Positions 49,904 through 59,745 of a stretch of 64,000 bases of DNA are shown here, in pieces; position 1 is the first letter of the stretch, and each line of letters opens with the position of its first letter. Source of the DNA: an uncultured beta proteobacterium (lineage in GTDB: Bacteria > Pseudomonadota > Gammaproteobacteria > Burkholderiales > Burkholderiaceae_C); NCBI GenBank assembly GCA_963793855.1, contig CAWCBL010000004.1, positions 1,088,356 through 1,152,355 of the forward strand, given 5' to 3'. Both the position numbers and the translations under genes were made by a program. The notes below the pieces were generated by a model that was not told where the DNA came from, did not search any database, and saw only the letters and a list, made by a program, of their open reading frames with translations.

Positions 49904-52321
49904 TTATGCCTCTTCTAGGAATTGTTGCGACGCAATGGCGCGGCGTTCGAAGATCGCATGGAAGAACCGCTGCATCGCAGTGGCTCCTGACTGAAGTGCA
50001 ACCAGGAAGTCGTCGTCAGCACCGATGACAATGGGCTTGTCCGCAAGAGATGCTAGGCCAACCCTTGCTGGATCCGTCGAGCTCTGATCAAGCCGGAGGT
50101 CACCCTCCAGCAGCTGCACTGCCTCCTGCAGCTGAGAAAGCAGGACAACGTCGGTGGTCCATGATTGCCATGCAGCGGTACGACCTCGAAGCTCGCGCTG
50201 GTTGATCCAGCCGACGCCGCAAGTGTGCCCGGTCACTACTTCAAAAGCCATGTTTCCCGGATGATGGCCGGCCGGCTCCATCGCCCGGCCAGAGCACGCC
50301 GAAAAAGCTAGCCCAAAAAGCGTTGGCTTCGTCAAATACGGTCGCATGACCTTCGGACCGAGTCGAACCAAAGCCCCGTCGCCCGCGTCGACTTGGTCGT
50401 CTACGCTTGCAAGCAGCCGAAGGAAGCGCCGTGTCATGGTCGGATCCGCGGTCAAGGGAGCATGCCACAGGACCCACACTTCCCAGAGCGTTTGTCGCAA
50501 GGTGGCTTCTATTGGCCAGCCGGTAGCTATCTCGGCAGGTCCGAGGATTCCAAAAATGGAGTCGTGCAGTCGCTGCAGAAGATGGGCATCGAGCCGCTCA
50601 TGGACCGTTGCGACGACCTCTTCTATCGGCAGCTCTAGAAGTACGGGAAGCATCGCGGGAGGCGACTGCCAGTCTTTGATATGGCAATGGCAGTTGAGGT
50701 CGGGGCCTGGGAGGAACCGGTCGGCGCACAGGGCGACCATGCCGGCCTGCCACGAGGCAGAATCGCGGGCATACAGCACGAAGTCTTGCGCGTGTGCGCC
50801 AAGACGCGCAATTGCTGGCAAGAGCCTGGAGGCGTTCGCCGCATTGATATCGCAGTAGACCGCAATCGAGGTCCCCCCCGCCCAAAGTTGGACGATATCG
50901 TCCGGGCCAACGTCGCCAGCCCAAACAATGCGGCCAGCAACTGACAGTGAGATTGAAACGGAGAGAGTTGGCTGAGCGTTAGCAGCCGGAAGAGCAGCGG
51001 CGACCACTGCTGCCGCGGGCTGTGCGGCGACTTTGAAGAGCTCAAACCTGGCGCGCGCGGTCGCGGTCAAGATCGGGGACTCGGGACGGCTTGGGACAGC
51101 AGCCGCACCCGGAAACCCCGCCAGCAGGCCTGTGAAGGGGGATAGGTTGGAAGCAGCGTCGGGGCCGAGGCGCAGGAACCTGCGGTATGGAAGGAAGGGC
51201 ACCTCGCCTATCAGGGTGACGTCACCCATCGATGGGGCTGGGCCGGCAAAGTTGACACCAACTTTTAGAGTGATTGCGTTGATGTCGATCTCCCTGTACG
51301 CCTCGATAACAAGGAACGTGGCAACGCGATTGTGAAGAGCAGTTGCCCTGCGGAGCAGCCTTGGTTCATTTGTGTGGAGCCATATCCGGACGTTTGGACG
51401 TAGACGGTCGCTGATCTCCGCCCACGTTGCGGACGGCACGCAATGCCGCACTCTCATTTGATACTCGTGTAGCAGATCCAAATCTGCGCCATCGGCCCAG
51501 GCTTCTTGTTCAATAGTTTCGAGTACCGCGCGGGCGGCACCGAGGTCCAAGCCAGCTAGCAGCTCGCAGATTTGGTTGTGGTCAAGCGCGTTGAAGGCAG
51601 CCATTTGAAAGTCGACCAGGCCACCATCTCCGTTTCCAGAAATGAAAATAATGGGATTCGCAATGGGCGAAAGGATCGGGCCTGCCAATCCAGATGGCGT
51701 CCAATATGGCGGCGTGTCGCCGTCCAGGCATCGTTCAAGGCCAAATCCGATTGCGAGAATCACCGCGTCGTAGATGCGGTTTATTGCTGCGCCGTCTCCA
51801 GCCACCACTCGAATGAGGCCGAGGGAATTGGGCAGAAGTTTTACGACTGGCTGCCCCAGATGCGACTTCAAGACTGAGCTGTGGATCGTGCGTTCAAACT
51901 CGTCACGCAGAGCGTCCGCTACGTCGCCAGCTGGCCCGGCTTGCCAGTTCATGATGGGTAGGCCAGCGTCGACCTCGTCAGAACCTACGGCAGGCCAGTC
52001 GTAGAAGTGTGGGTGGAGATATCGCCTACTGCCGTGTTGAAGTTCCAGCACTCTCGTTCTACTCTCGAATAGATCTAGCAGCGCCAACCCGGGGACTGCC
52101 TTTGCAAGAGCGACAGCTGCTGTCATGCCAGCCACACCGCCCCCCACGATCGCGATCTTGCCTTTGGGGCGAACCAAGCCTTCCGACAGAATTGCATCGA
52201 CGAGATTGAGCGCGCGGACTTGCTGCGAATAGACGGTCACCCTCTTTTCGAAGCTGCCAAGGATGAACACGCTTCGTGTGCTTGGAACAAGCGCTGCACT
52301 TACGATCTCGTGTGGCGTCAT
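49904..52321 (-). CDS. lmuA: Flavin-dependent oxidoreductase (FMO-like) effector with C-terminal adaptor domain, Lamassu LmuA
   Basis: IVGGGVAG FAD motif, LAIGFG, second SGNGDGG motif, HPHFYDWP; 1 bp from lmuC. Confidence 0.78.
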   Translation of the reverse strand: MTPHEIVSAALVPSTRSVFILGSFEKRVTVYSQQVRALNLVDAILSEGLVRPKGKIAIVGGGVAGMTAAVALAKAVPGLALLDLFESRTRVLELQHGSRRYLHPHFYDWPAVGSDEVDAGLPIMNWQAGPAGDVADALRDEFERTIHSSVLKSHLGQPVVKLLPNSLGLIRVVAGDGAAINRIYDAVILAIGFGLERCLDGDTPPYWTPSGLAGPILSPIANPIIFISGNGDGGLVDFQMAAFNALDHNQICELLAGLDLGAARAVLETIEQEAWADGADLDLLHEYQMRVRHCVPSATWAEISDRLRPNVRIWLHTNEPRLLRRATALHNRVATFLVIEAYREIDINAITLKVGVNFAGPAPSMGDVTLIGEVPFLPYRRFLRLGPDAASNLSPFTGLLAGFPGAAAVPSRPESPILTATARARFELFKVAAQPAAAVVAAALPAANAQPTLSVSISLSVAGRIVWAGDVGPDDIVQLWAGGTSIAVYCDINAANASRLLPAIARLGAHAQDFVLYARDSASWQAGMVALCADRFLPGPDLNCHCHIKDWQSPPAMLPVLLELPIEEVVATVHERLDAHLLQRLHDSIFGILGPAEIATGWPIEATLRQTLWEVWVLWHAPLTADPTMTRRFLRLLASVDDQVDAGDGALVRLGPKVMRPYLTKPTLFGLAFSACSGRAMEPAGHHPGNMAFEVVTGHTCGVGWINQRELRGRTAAWQSWTTDVVLLSQLQEAVQLLEGDLRLDQSSTDPARVGLASLADKPIVIGADDDFLVALQSGATAMQRFFHAIFERRAIASQQFLEEA

Positions 52322-52418
52322 AGGCTGTCACCTGTGCAATGCATCGTTTGGATTAGATCTCCAATCTGTATGAGTTCGGCCGGTTCAAAGCCTGAGGATT
52401 TAGGCATGTGTCGATAGT

Positions 52419-53021
52419 TCACTCAGGAAAAAAGTCTCGTATGTCAGCAAATCCTCGCAAACGAGAACTCATCACTATGTCGTCATAGGCTTGCCGTGCC
52501 CCTCCCATCTGGACAAGGCTCATCTCGCCTTTGCATGAGCGCTCAGGGTGACACCAATATGCACTGGTGTCGAATGAGTAGTGAGCGCGGCAAGCGTACG
52601 GACGTGTTTCGTAGACAGAACACACATCATCCACAAGAAAAGGACATGGAACCCCCGAAAACTCTCCTTCTGAATGACGAACTGGGCGTTTGACCACAGC
52701 CATAGGTTTTCGGGTTACCGTTGAGAGGCGTTCAGCCTCAATGATTGAAATGCTGACATTCATCTTGCAGCAGTCTGAGCAGCCCTTACCGCAAGCAATG
52801 TAGGGTTGCACTGCTTGACTGACTTCTGCCATCAAGGAGTATATTTTTCCAAGCTTGGACTTGGCAGATGAATTATCGCGCCGGAGCTGCCCCACAATCA
52901 CGTCATCTCGGGTATCCAGGGTCTTCGGCATAGCTGATAAGAACTCGGTTAACCTTAATCGTGAACGTGCCTTTGCTTCTACAAAGTCTGGCGAATTTTC
53001 GGGAACGGAGAGGTTTTTCAT
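52419..53021 (-). CDS. YkgJ/UPF0153 family Cys-cluster (Fe-S or Zn) protein
   Basis: CGKGCSDCC, CPFL, CSVYETRPYACR. Confidence 0.85.
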   Translation of the reverse strand: MKNLSVPENSPDFVEAKARSRLRLTEFLSAMPKTLDTRDDVIVGQLRRDNSSAKSKLGKIYSLMAEVSQAVQPYIACGKGCSDCCKMNVSISIIEAERLSTVTRKPMAVVKRPVRHSEGEFSGVPCPFLVDDVCSVYETRPYACRAHYSFDTSAYWCHPERSCKGEMSLVQMGGARQAYDDIVMSSRLRGFADIRDFFPE

Positions 53022-53024
53022 GGC

Positions 53025-54905
53025 TTAACGATCGAGGATGCGACTCAGCGGCCCATTGATGTTTGCGAAAGCTCCAATGACTCCGTCCATCACAAAGTCA
53101 ATTGCGCGCCCGTATCCTTGTTGGAGGCTCGCAGTGTCAAAGCCAAGGTCCTGAAGGCGCGGCAGAGCATTTGCGAAGGTGTCGTGGGCGTCGGCAATAC
53201 GTAGGTCGTTAGCCACGAACAAAGAGGCCAATTTTTCGTTACTCACTTTCCAGCCCTCCGGTTCATTTGCATTGATGAATGCATTCATATCCTCATCATG
53301 AGCATCCAGCCGCTCCGCGATGTTGAGAAGGGCCTGGAGCAGTTTCATGGTTCCCCGGTCACCGACCTCTCTCTTAGGGCAACCTGCGGCCTCGAGAATG
53401 CGTTTCAGGAATCCGTTCGGGACTTTCTGCCAGATTTCATGAAGACTCTTACACCGAGCGAGGAAGTCCTGCTCTGACATAGACAAGGGTGCTACCTGAG
53501 CCAGACGGCTCAATTGTGGATAGTGAAGCCACCCGTTTGCCTTGATGTCGCCGGCAGAAAAACCGACAAGATCCTCGGAAGACTTGTTCTGTCCAAACAT
53601 AGCTCCGAGTTGGGAGAGGTTTTCGCCCAACGTCAGAAGCTCATCTAGGAGCCGTTTTGTCTTTGATGCGATGTTTTCTTCGTTTGGATCAAACTGAGCT
53701 GCTACGGCAGGATCTAGTGCAAACGACTGTGCATGGAGTATTTCTTGCTCGGGCTTGGGTTTATAAAGCTCTCGAAGTGAAACGCGAATTAGATTTCGCC
53801 CAACGCGCCTACAGTCCGTGAAGCTCCATTGACCACGATATGACGGGCTGCAATGCCACTGTCCATGGGAAAACATGGGTGTTGTGTCATAGAAACCACT
53901 CTTCTCGTAGCGCTCAAGGAATCGGTCGTCCAGATGAAGGATCTGGACGGACCCAATCGAGTCCGCGCTTGCGTGAGTTACCAAGCCTTGAACACCGGGC
54001 CAGGCGATGTTGTTAGCCGATCGCTCGGGACAGAGCTCACATGAAACGGCGTCAACGGAAGCCCAGACCTGCAGGAGAAGGCCTCCATCATTCTCTCGGA
54101 TATCAATCTCATACCAGCCTGGGTCTGGCTTGATGTCAACATGCTGTGTGCCTTTCATGAGTTGTCGAAGTCCAGGATCATCAGGCAGTTGTGCCTGATA
54201 AAAAAAAGTTCTAACACCTCTTGCGCCGCGCAACCACAAATATTTTCGCAAGTGGGCGTTAGACATCCGCCACGTGACGTTGCGAGAAGAGTCGAAGTGA
54301 TACTCGCGCGACACCTCGCCTTCGGCTATTGCGAACTCTGGAATTCCTAGATCATCGTAAACAAGGCATTGCTTTTCATTGCCAAGGCACCTGGGCGTGA
54401 GACCGAGGGCCATCCACACCTTCTCGGCGAGGTTGTAGGTGTAATGAGAACCATCACCCCACGAGGCAACGATGTAGTCATAGCCGGACATGCTGGGGGA
54501 GAAATCTTCGGATGAACCTTTGTCGCCTAGCACGGGCTCTGAGAACGACACAACCCCGTCCCCGGCTTCATCAAATATCGGCACTGGACTATTAATCGAT
54601 TCGGGCACGACGGCAAGGAGCATGTGAACAAACTCGGCGTTAGGCCCGTGGTGGTCGAACACAAGGTCGCTGGTGACTTCAACTTGCTCCAAGGGATCAA
54701 GCCCTACTGGACTGAGTAGGGCGCGAAGACGCACCGACAGCGCAGTTCCTTGGATTGGAAAAGAGGCAAGATAGTCTATGCTGGGCATAAGGTGTCTCGG
54801 CTGATAAGGCGTGGTTGCAGACGTTTCAACAGAGAGTCCGGCGTCCGCAATGAGTGCCGTTACGGACCGTCGGACTTTTCTCCTCACCGCTTTAAGTTCC
54901 CACAT
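53025..54905 (-). CDS. Hypothetical ~590-630 aa protein with C-terminal HEPN-like RxxxxH motif
   Basis: Long ORF; NDLRIADAH in a helical C-terminal region; start may be 54788 (MPSID); stop 3 bp before the YkgJ start. Confidence 0.7.
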   Translation of the reverse strand: MWELKAVRRKVRRSVTALIADAGLSVETSATTPYQPRHLMPSIDYLASFPIQGTALSVRLRALLSPVGLDPLEQVEVTSDLVFDHHGPNAEFVHMLLAVVPESINSPVPIFDEAGDGVVSFSEPVLGDKGSSEDFSPSMSGYDYIVASWGDGSHYTYNLAEKVWMALGLTPRCLGNEKQCLVYDDLGIPEFAIAEGEVSREYHFDSSRNVTWRMSNAHLRKYLWLRGARGVRTFFYQAQLPDDPGLRQLMKGTQHVDIKPDPGWYEIDIRENDGGLLLQVWASVDAVSCELCPERSANNIAWPGVQGLVTHASADSIGSVQILHLDDRFLERYEKSGFYDTTPMFSHGQWHCSPSYRGQWSFTDCRRVGRNLIRVSLRELYKPKPEQEILHAQSFALDPAVAAQFDPNEENIASKTKRLLDELLTLGENLSQLGAMFGQNKSSEDLVGFSAGDIKANGWLHYPQLSRLAQVAPLSMSEQDFLARCKSLHEIWQKVPNGFLKRILEAAGCPKREVGDRGTMKLLQALLNIAERLDAHDEDMNAFINANEPEGWKVSNEKLASLFVANDLRIADAHDTFANALPRLQDLGFDTASLQQGYGRAIDFVMDGVIGAFANINGPLSRILDR

Positions 54906-54949
54906 ATGTGTGGAGCAGCCGAAGAGGTATGAAGATTTGACGGTGAATC

Positions 54950-56569
54950 CTACTTCTTATCGCGCCAATCTTTATTGTAAAGAAGATCGTTCTGACTCAA
55001 CTTTAAGACAGTGAATTTCTTAAGGAGCTCTTCCGCTTGAGATCCGAATTTTTTTGCCTCGTCAAAAGACAAGAAAATCTGCTTTGATTTGATAGCAGCC
55101 AAAATTCTGAGGATTCTCTTTATGGCGGCAACCTCTATGTTCTTGTAGATAACAGAATCGTGTATAACAAACGGCAATCTGGTTAGAGAGAGCATGGCCA
55201 TATCAAATCCGATCAAACCAGCATATGACTTCCCAGTCCCCGTATCCTCAGGGGAGGTAAAGCTATAGGAATTAGCACTTTTTACTCGTAATTCCGAACT
55301 ATTTCTGCTGGGGCCGTAGACAACCTTGTTGAACGCCTTCAACTTCAAATTGATTTTCGCCTCAATCTCAAGGAAGATCTTTGTATAAATTGAATCCAAT
55401 CGTTGGCCAGATATCTTTATCACCTCTTCTAGCTGCACCTTTTGCTTAAAATATCTGTTTTCTTCAGTCGCTTTATCCGTAATTTCTTTCAAGTCAAATA
55501 CTCGCTTGAATAAATCATCAGGCATACCCTTTGATTTCAACGTTGTTTGAATTTGTTGCTCTAACGATATAATCTCGCTCGTAAGAATGGATTCTTCCAA
55601 TTGAATTGCAGCAAGCTCATTTTTGAGTTCCTTCTTGACGATACTTCCAATTTTTTGATGGAACGCATCTACTTGCTCAAGTCTCTCCACGTCAACAGTT
55701 GGAAAGAATTCAGCCACCAGAGCTATGTTGGCGGCAAGCCGCGGTGTTATGCCAGAAACCTCTCGCTGCAATCTTTTTACTTTGCTCTGAAGTTCACTTC
55801 TTAAGTTTGCAAGCTCGTTCTTCCGCTGCTGCATACGCTGCAAGCTTTCGTCAAACAAAGCCTCGTAAGCATTAAGTGCTCCACTGAATCCGTGCTTGAG
55901 TTGTTCAATCTGCACAGTATTTTCAGTAATAGTCTTAGTGTTCACTTCGTACTGAGTCTTGTTTATATTTGGAATAATTTTCGCGTTCATTGAACCAGTT
56001 ATTAGCTTTTTTCGATCTTTCTGCTCGTCAATCACCTTCTTCTCTGCAGCGATATCTGCACTCCGGCTAAAGAGGTCTATTAAACGGCTAATTGCTGATC
56101 CTGAAGGTTCTTTGAGCGCCGAAATAAAAGGCTGATCCGGCTCCAGACCTCCTTTCCTCCAAATGCGAGCAAAGGGACCAACAATTGAACGAAACGAACC
56201 TTCTAGACTTTCTAGTCCATAAAGCTCCTTCAACCTCCTGCGGTAATACTCCACGGGCAACTCGTTCAGCTTGGTATATTCCTTATCACAGACATACACC
56301 ACATCTGAAGCATCAGTTGAACGAGAGAAGAAATACGGCTGCCCCGCAAATACAAATGAAAAATTATAGCGATGGTGGCCAAGCGCTCTTATGGCTCCAG
56401 CCTCATCTTTAAGGAAGCTGTCACCTCCTTGTGCGAAGTCTATAACCATCAATGCCGTAGACTTACCAATAGAATTCTTGGCATCATCATCGCCCAATAT
56501 GATGTTGAGACCTTGATGAAAGGAAATTCTTGCGTTATTGAACAAAGGGCACTGGATCTCTTTAAGCAT
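54950..56569 (-). CDS. lmuB: Short ABC ATPase (DUF2326-like), short Lamassu LmuB
   Basis: Walker A variant NSIGKST, short coiled coil, DTGTGKS, FVIHDS Walker B; ATG 56569 overlaps upstream stop. Confidence 0.8.
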   Translation of the reverse strand: MLKEIQCPLFNNARISFHQGLNIILGDDDAKNSIGKSTALMVIDFAQGGDSFLKDEAGAIRALGHHRYNFSFVFAGQPYFFSRSTDASDVVYVCDKEYTKLNELPVEYYRRRLKELYGLESLEGSFRSIVGPFARIWRKGGLEPDQPFISALKEPSGSAISRLIDLFSRSADIAAEKKVIDEQKDRKKLITGSMNAKIIPNINKTQYEVNTKTITENTVQIEQLKHGFSGALNAYEALFDESLQRMQQRKNELANLRSELQSKVKRLQREVSGITPRLAANIALVAEFFPTVDVERLEQVDAFHQKIGSIVKKELKNELAAIQLEESILTSEIISLEQQIQTTLKSKGMPDDLFKRVFDLKEITDKATEENRYFKQKVQLEEVIKISGQRLDSIYTKIFLEIEAKINLKLKAFNKVVYGPSRNSSELRVKSANSYSFTSPEDTGTGKSYAGLIGFDMAMLSLTRLPFVIHDSVIYKNIEVAAIKRILRILAAIKSKQIFLSFDEAKKFGSQAEELLKKFTVLKLSQNDLLYNKDWRDKK

Positions 56570-56783
56570 ACTCAATCAACCCCGAATCATCTTTAATATT
56601 TACCAACCCCATAACGTACAAGACATCAATCGCATGGAGAAATTCGCTGGCATCGAAGAAGGAATCTTTAGTTCTATGATATACATCAAGAACACTTTCA
56701 TTTTCTTTTTTATTAGCGAGAATAAATCTCATCTTGAAGATAGTGGATTCCTCAAGCCTTGTAAACTTACTCGGAACCAACAT
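56562..56783 (-). CDS. lmuC: Small middle component, short Lamassu LmuC
   Basis: 73 aa MLVPSKF...AIDVLYVMGLV, overlapping both neighbours. Confidence 0.75.
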   Translation of the reverse strand: MLVPSKFTRLEESTIFKMRFILANKKENESVLDVYHRTKDSFFDASEFLHAIDVLYVMGLVNIKDDSGLIEYA

Positions 56784-57546
56784 CAAATACCTCGCAATTC
56801 TGAACAAAAAATGAAGTCAATACCTTTGCAGCTAAGATTGGCTTATTAGTTTTTGCACTGATCCACTGCGCAACATAATTGAATACCAGATCCTTATTAT
56901 CTGGATTCTGCTTGTTTACAGCAAGATAATACGAGTTAATTTGATTCTGAAGAATTCTGACCGAGACTTGGTCTTGCTGCTCCAGCTTCCGAATATGATC
57001 CCGTATCCGAACATAGAAACTAATAGCATTAACTTTTATTTCTCGCTTCTGAAGTGGACTCATCCCTGTTTTGAGCTTTATATCCACCGTTGAAATATCA
57101 AATTTCGCGGGCGATAGCGGAATGTCATCAAAATCAGACGTAGCGATTGCATCCAATATTTCATAGACTTCCTCTTGAATGGTATGCTGCGACGCAGTGA
57201 GTTTTGCTTGCACCGCACTTAAATATCCTTCCTTAATTTTTCTTATTTTTACAAGTTCATCAAACTTAAAATCTTTATCGTATTTGGTATGACAGGTTGG
57301 GCACAGAGCAACGACGTTCGCAAGAGCATTGATATCAGGAGGAACGGGATATCCGATAAGCGCGTTAACTTGTGCGGGCGTAGGGTTCAAAGGATAGATA
57401 TGGGCTACCTCATAGCCCTTGCTAGGTTTCTTTGAATCTTTCTTTTGAAAAATAATTGGCAGCGTACATAAAGGACAAAATCCTTCAGTTTCCGCATAGA
57501 GAATACTGTGCTCATCGTCACTATATTTTTTCCTCTTCTCTGTCAT
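56767..57546 (-). CDS. lmuA: HNH endonuclease effector with C-terminal adaptor domain, short Lamassu LmuA
   Basis: CPLC...EVAHIYP...NVVALCPTCHTKYD; C-terminus VLTSFFVQNCEVF. Confidence 0.8.
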   Translation of the reverse strand: MTEKRKKYSDDEHSILYAETEGFCPLCTLPIIFQKKDSKKPSKGYEVAHIYPLNPTPAQVNALIGYPVPPDINALANVVALCPTCHTKYDKDFKFDELVKIRKIKEGYLSAVQAKLTASQHTIQEEVYEILDAIATSDFDDIPLSPAKFDISTVDIKLKTGMSPLQKREIKVNAISFYVRIRDHIRKLEQQDQVSVRILQNQINSYYLAVNKQNPDNKDLVFNYVAQWISAKTNKPILAAKVLTSFFVQNCEVFDVGSE

Positions 57547-57907
57547 CTATATGTCCTTGCATCTATACGCCAATCCTCCCCAAATACTACATGTAAAAAA
57601 TGTTGTTTAAATGTGACAAATATGTTTCATCACCCCTGAAAGTTCATCGGAAACCGCATGAAAATGTGGTTTGAGGTACAGCTCAATGTTCAGAGCTTCC
57701 AAAGATTGATTCAGTGAGCGCCCGGTCCTTATGGACATGATTTCGTCGCACTCAGCGAAAACTAAGGGAACATTCGAGAAAACCGAGCAATCTGCGCATG
57801 TTGGCAGATGCGCGGCCATGCGCATCTGCTGGCAACGGAGAACTTTGGAGCCCTGTCAGATTTCCGCCATTGAGTAATGGTGTTGTCGCCGACCGAAAAT
57901 TGACATC

Positions 57908-58872
57908 TGGGGGTGCGGCGTAAATCTTGGACTGGTTTATGCCGTAAGTCCGAGACTCGCCCGGTATTCGATGGGACTGAGTGAGCCAAGGGATAGCGGC
58001 AACGACCAGGCGTTCCTGCTTCATGAGGCGTTGTACGACTTTCTCGGAGATGTGAAGCTGGCGCCGGCCAAGTGCTGCACGCATTCGCCTGTAACCGTAG
58101 CAACGGTGATTGCTCTGGAAGACATCGGTGATGGCAACACGTGCGTCAGCGTATTTGTCAGGACTCTTTAGCCGGGCGCAGTGATAGAAGTATGAGCTAC
58201 GGGCCAGGTCAAGTTCGGCAAAGAGCTCAGAGAGCGTATAGGTGTGCTTCAGGGCGTCAACTAGCAGTGTCTTCTCCTGGTTGCTCAGGAGTGGCAGGTC
58301 GACGCCCAGGCCTTTTTTTAACAGTTCGTTCGCCCTCTTCAAGAGATCGTGTTCCAACTGCAATTTCCGGATGCCGCGTTGCAGCGCTTCGACTTGCTGC
58401 TCCAGGTCCAATCGCTGAGGATCGGGCGGTGAATCGTTGTGGAGTTTCATGGATGCGGGCACCTCAGGACCGAGTAGTTGATTTTTCCATTTGTACAACG
58501 TCGGCCTGCTCACGGCTAGCTGTTGAGCAATGGCTTGCGCACTTGTCTGCCGGGTGCAAAGCGCAATGACTGCCGCTTGCTTGAGCTCTTGAGGGCGCTG
58601 TATGCCGCGAGCTTTGCCAACAACGTTCTTTCTCCTTTCGGGGTGCAGCTCATTGACCCAGGCTGCTAGCGTATCGCGGCACGGATACCCCAGTGCCTTT
58701 CGGGTTCCAGCAAGGCAACGATCATGGTTTAGGTAATGCTCAACGGCCACTTTCTTCTGTTGGTCTGAATACTTCGACCTTGAAAGTGCATAGCCCAGCG
58801 GCAAATCGCGACCCTGTTCGTAGTCTCGATGCCAGCTCTTGAGCGCATTCTTGGTTGGGTAACCCAAACGAC
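57908..58872 (-). mobile_element. Truncated second IS1353-like copy lacking the DDE core and the 5' end
   Basis: Same terminal IR (TGGGGGTGCGGCG at 57908); homologous to 16412-17910 with ~530 bp deleted near 57990; stops at RLGYPTKN. Confidence 0.85.
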
Positions 58873-58885
58873 AACAGGAATCCCC

Positions 58886-59605
58886 ATGATGATGAACACG
58901 ACGATTGAACAACTGCGCGACCTGCGCCTGCCCGGCATGGCCACAGGGCTGCAGGAACAACTCAGCCAGGCCGGCATGACCGCACTGAGCTTTGAGGAGC
59001 GCCTGAGCCTGCTGGTGGACCGTGAAGTGCACTGGCGCAATGACAAGCGCCAAGCCCGCTTGCTCAAGGATGCCAAACTGAAGTACAGCCAAGCCAGCAT
59101 TGAAGACCTGAACACCAGCGCCGGGCGCGGCCTGGAGCGCAAGGCTGTGATGAGCCTGGCGCTGGGCGACTGGATTGCGAGCGGCCACAGCGTGCTGATC
59201 ACCGGCGCCACCGGGGTGGGCAAGTCCTGGCTGGCCTGCGCGCTGGCCCAATACGCCTGCCGCCGGGGGCACTCCGCGTTCTACCAACGGGTGCCCCGCC
59301 TGGGTGAAGAACTGCGAATTCGTCACGGCAACGGCACGTTCGGCAAATGGCTGCTGCAACTGGCCAAGACGGACGTTCTGCTGCTGGACGACTGGGGCAT
59401 GGCGGGCATCGACAGCCAGACCCGTGCAGACCTGTTGGAAATCATTGACGACCGGGCTGCCAACAAGGCCACCATCATCACCAGCCAATTACCCATCGAC
59501 CACTGGCATGCCTGGATCGGCGACGCCACCATCGCCGACGCCATGCTGGACCGCTTGATGCAGCGCCATCACCGTTTCACCCTGACGGGCGACTCTCTGC
59601 GCTGA
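58886..59605 (+). CDS. istB: IS21-family helper ATPase IstB, orphaned (istA absent)
   Basis: GATGVGKS Walker A, LLLLDDWG Walker B, ITSQLP, DAMLDRL, GDSLR. Confidence 0.92.
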   Translation: MMMNTTIEQLRDLRLPGMATGLQEQLSQAGMTALSFEERLSLLVDREVHWRNDKRQARLLKDAKLKYSQASIEDLNTSAGRGLERKAVMSLALGDWIASGHSVLITGATGVGKSWLACALAQYACRRGHSAFYQRVPRLGEELRIRHGNGTFGKWLLQLAKTDVLLLDDWGMAGIDSQTRADLLEIIDDRAANKATIITSQLPIDHWHAWIGDATIADAMLDRLMQRHHRFTLTGDSLR

Positions 59606-59698
59606 GCAGCCCAAATCAGGCAAACCACGAAGCCAAAAACGGACCCATCGTGAACGACCGCCTACAATTTGCATGCGCAATCTCGCACGCTGCGGCAC

Positions 59699-59745
59699 CG
59701 TTCACGATCGACCGGAATCAGCGTTCACGATCTCCGGAATACGCA
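59699..59745. repeat. IS21 right end with tandem transposase-binding repeats
   Basis: CGTTCACGATC(GA/T)CCGGAAT twice, ending in ...ACGCA. Confidence 0.75.

Noticed and set aside
57752-59488. 578-aa minus-strand ORF
   Set aside because: Chimera of antisense istB and the deleted IS3 remnant, produced by the deletion junction
59699-59745. Possible CRISPR-like repeats here and at 62213-62236
   Set aside because: Only two near-adjacent copies or a hexamer microsatellite, no spacers, no cas genes
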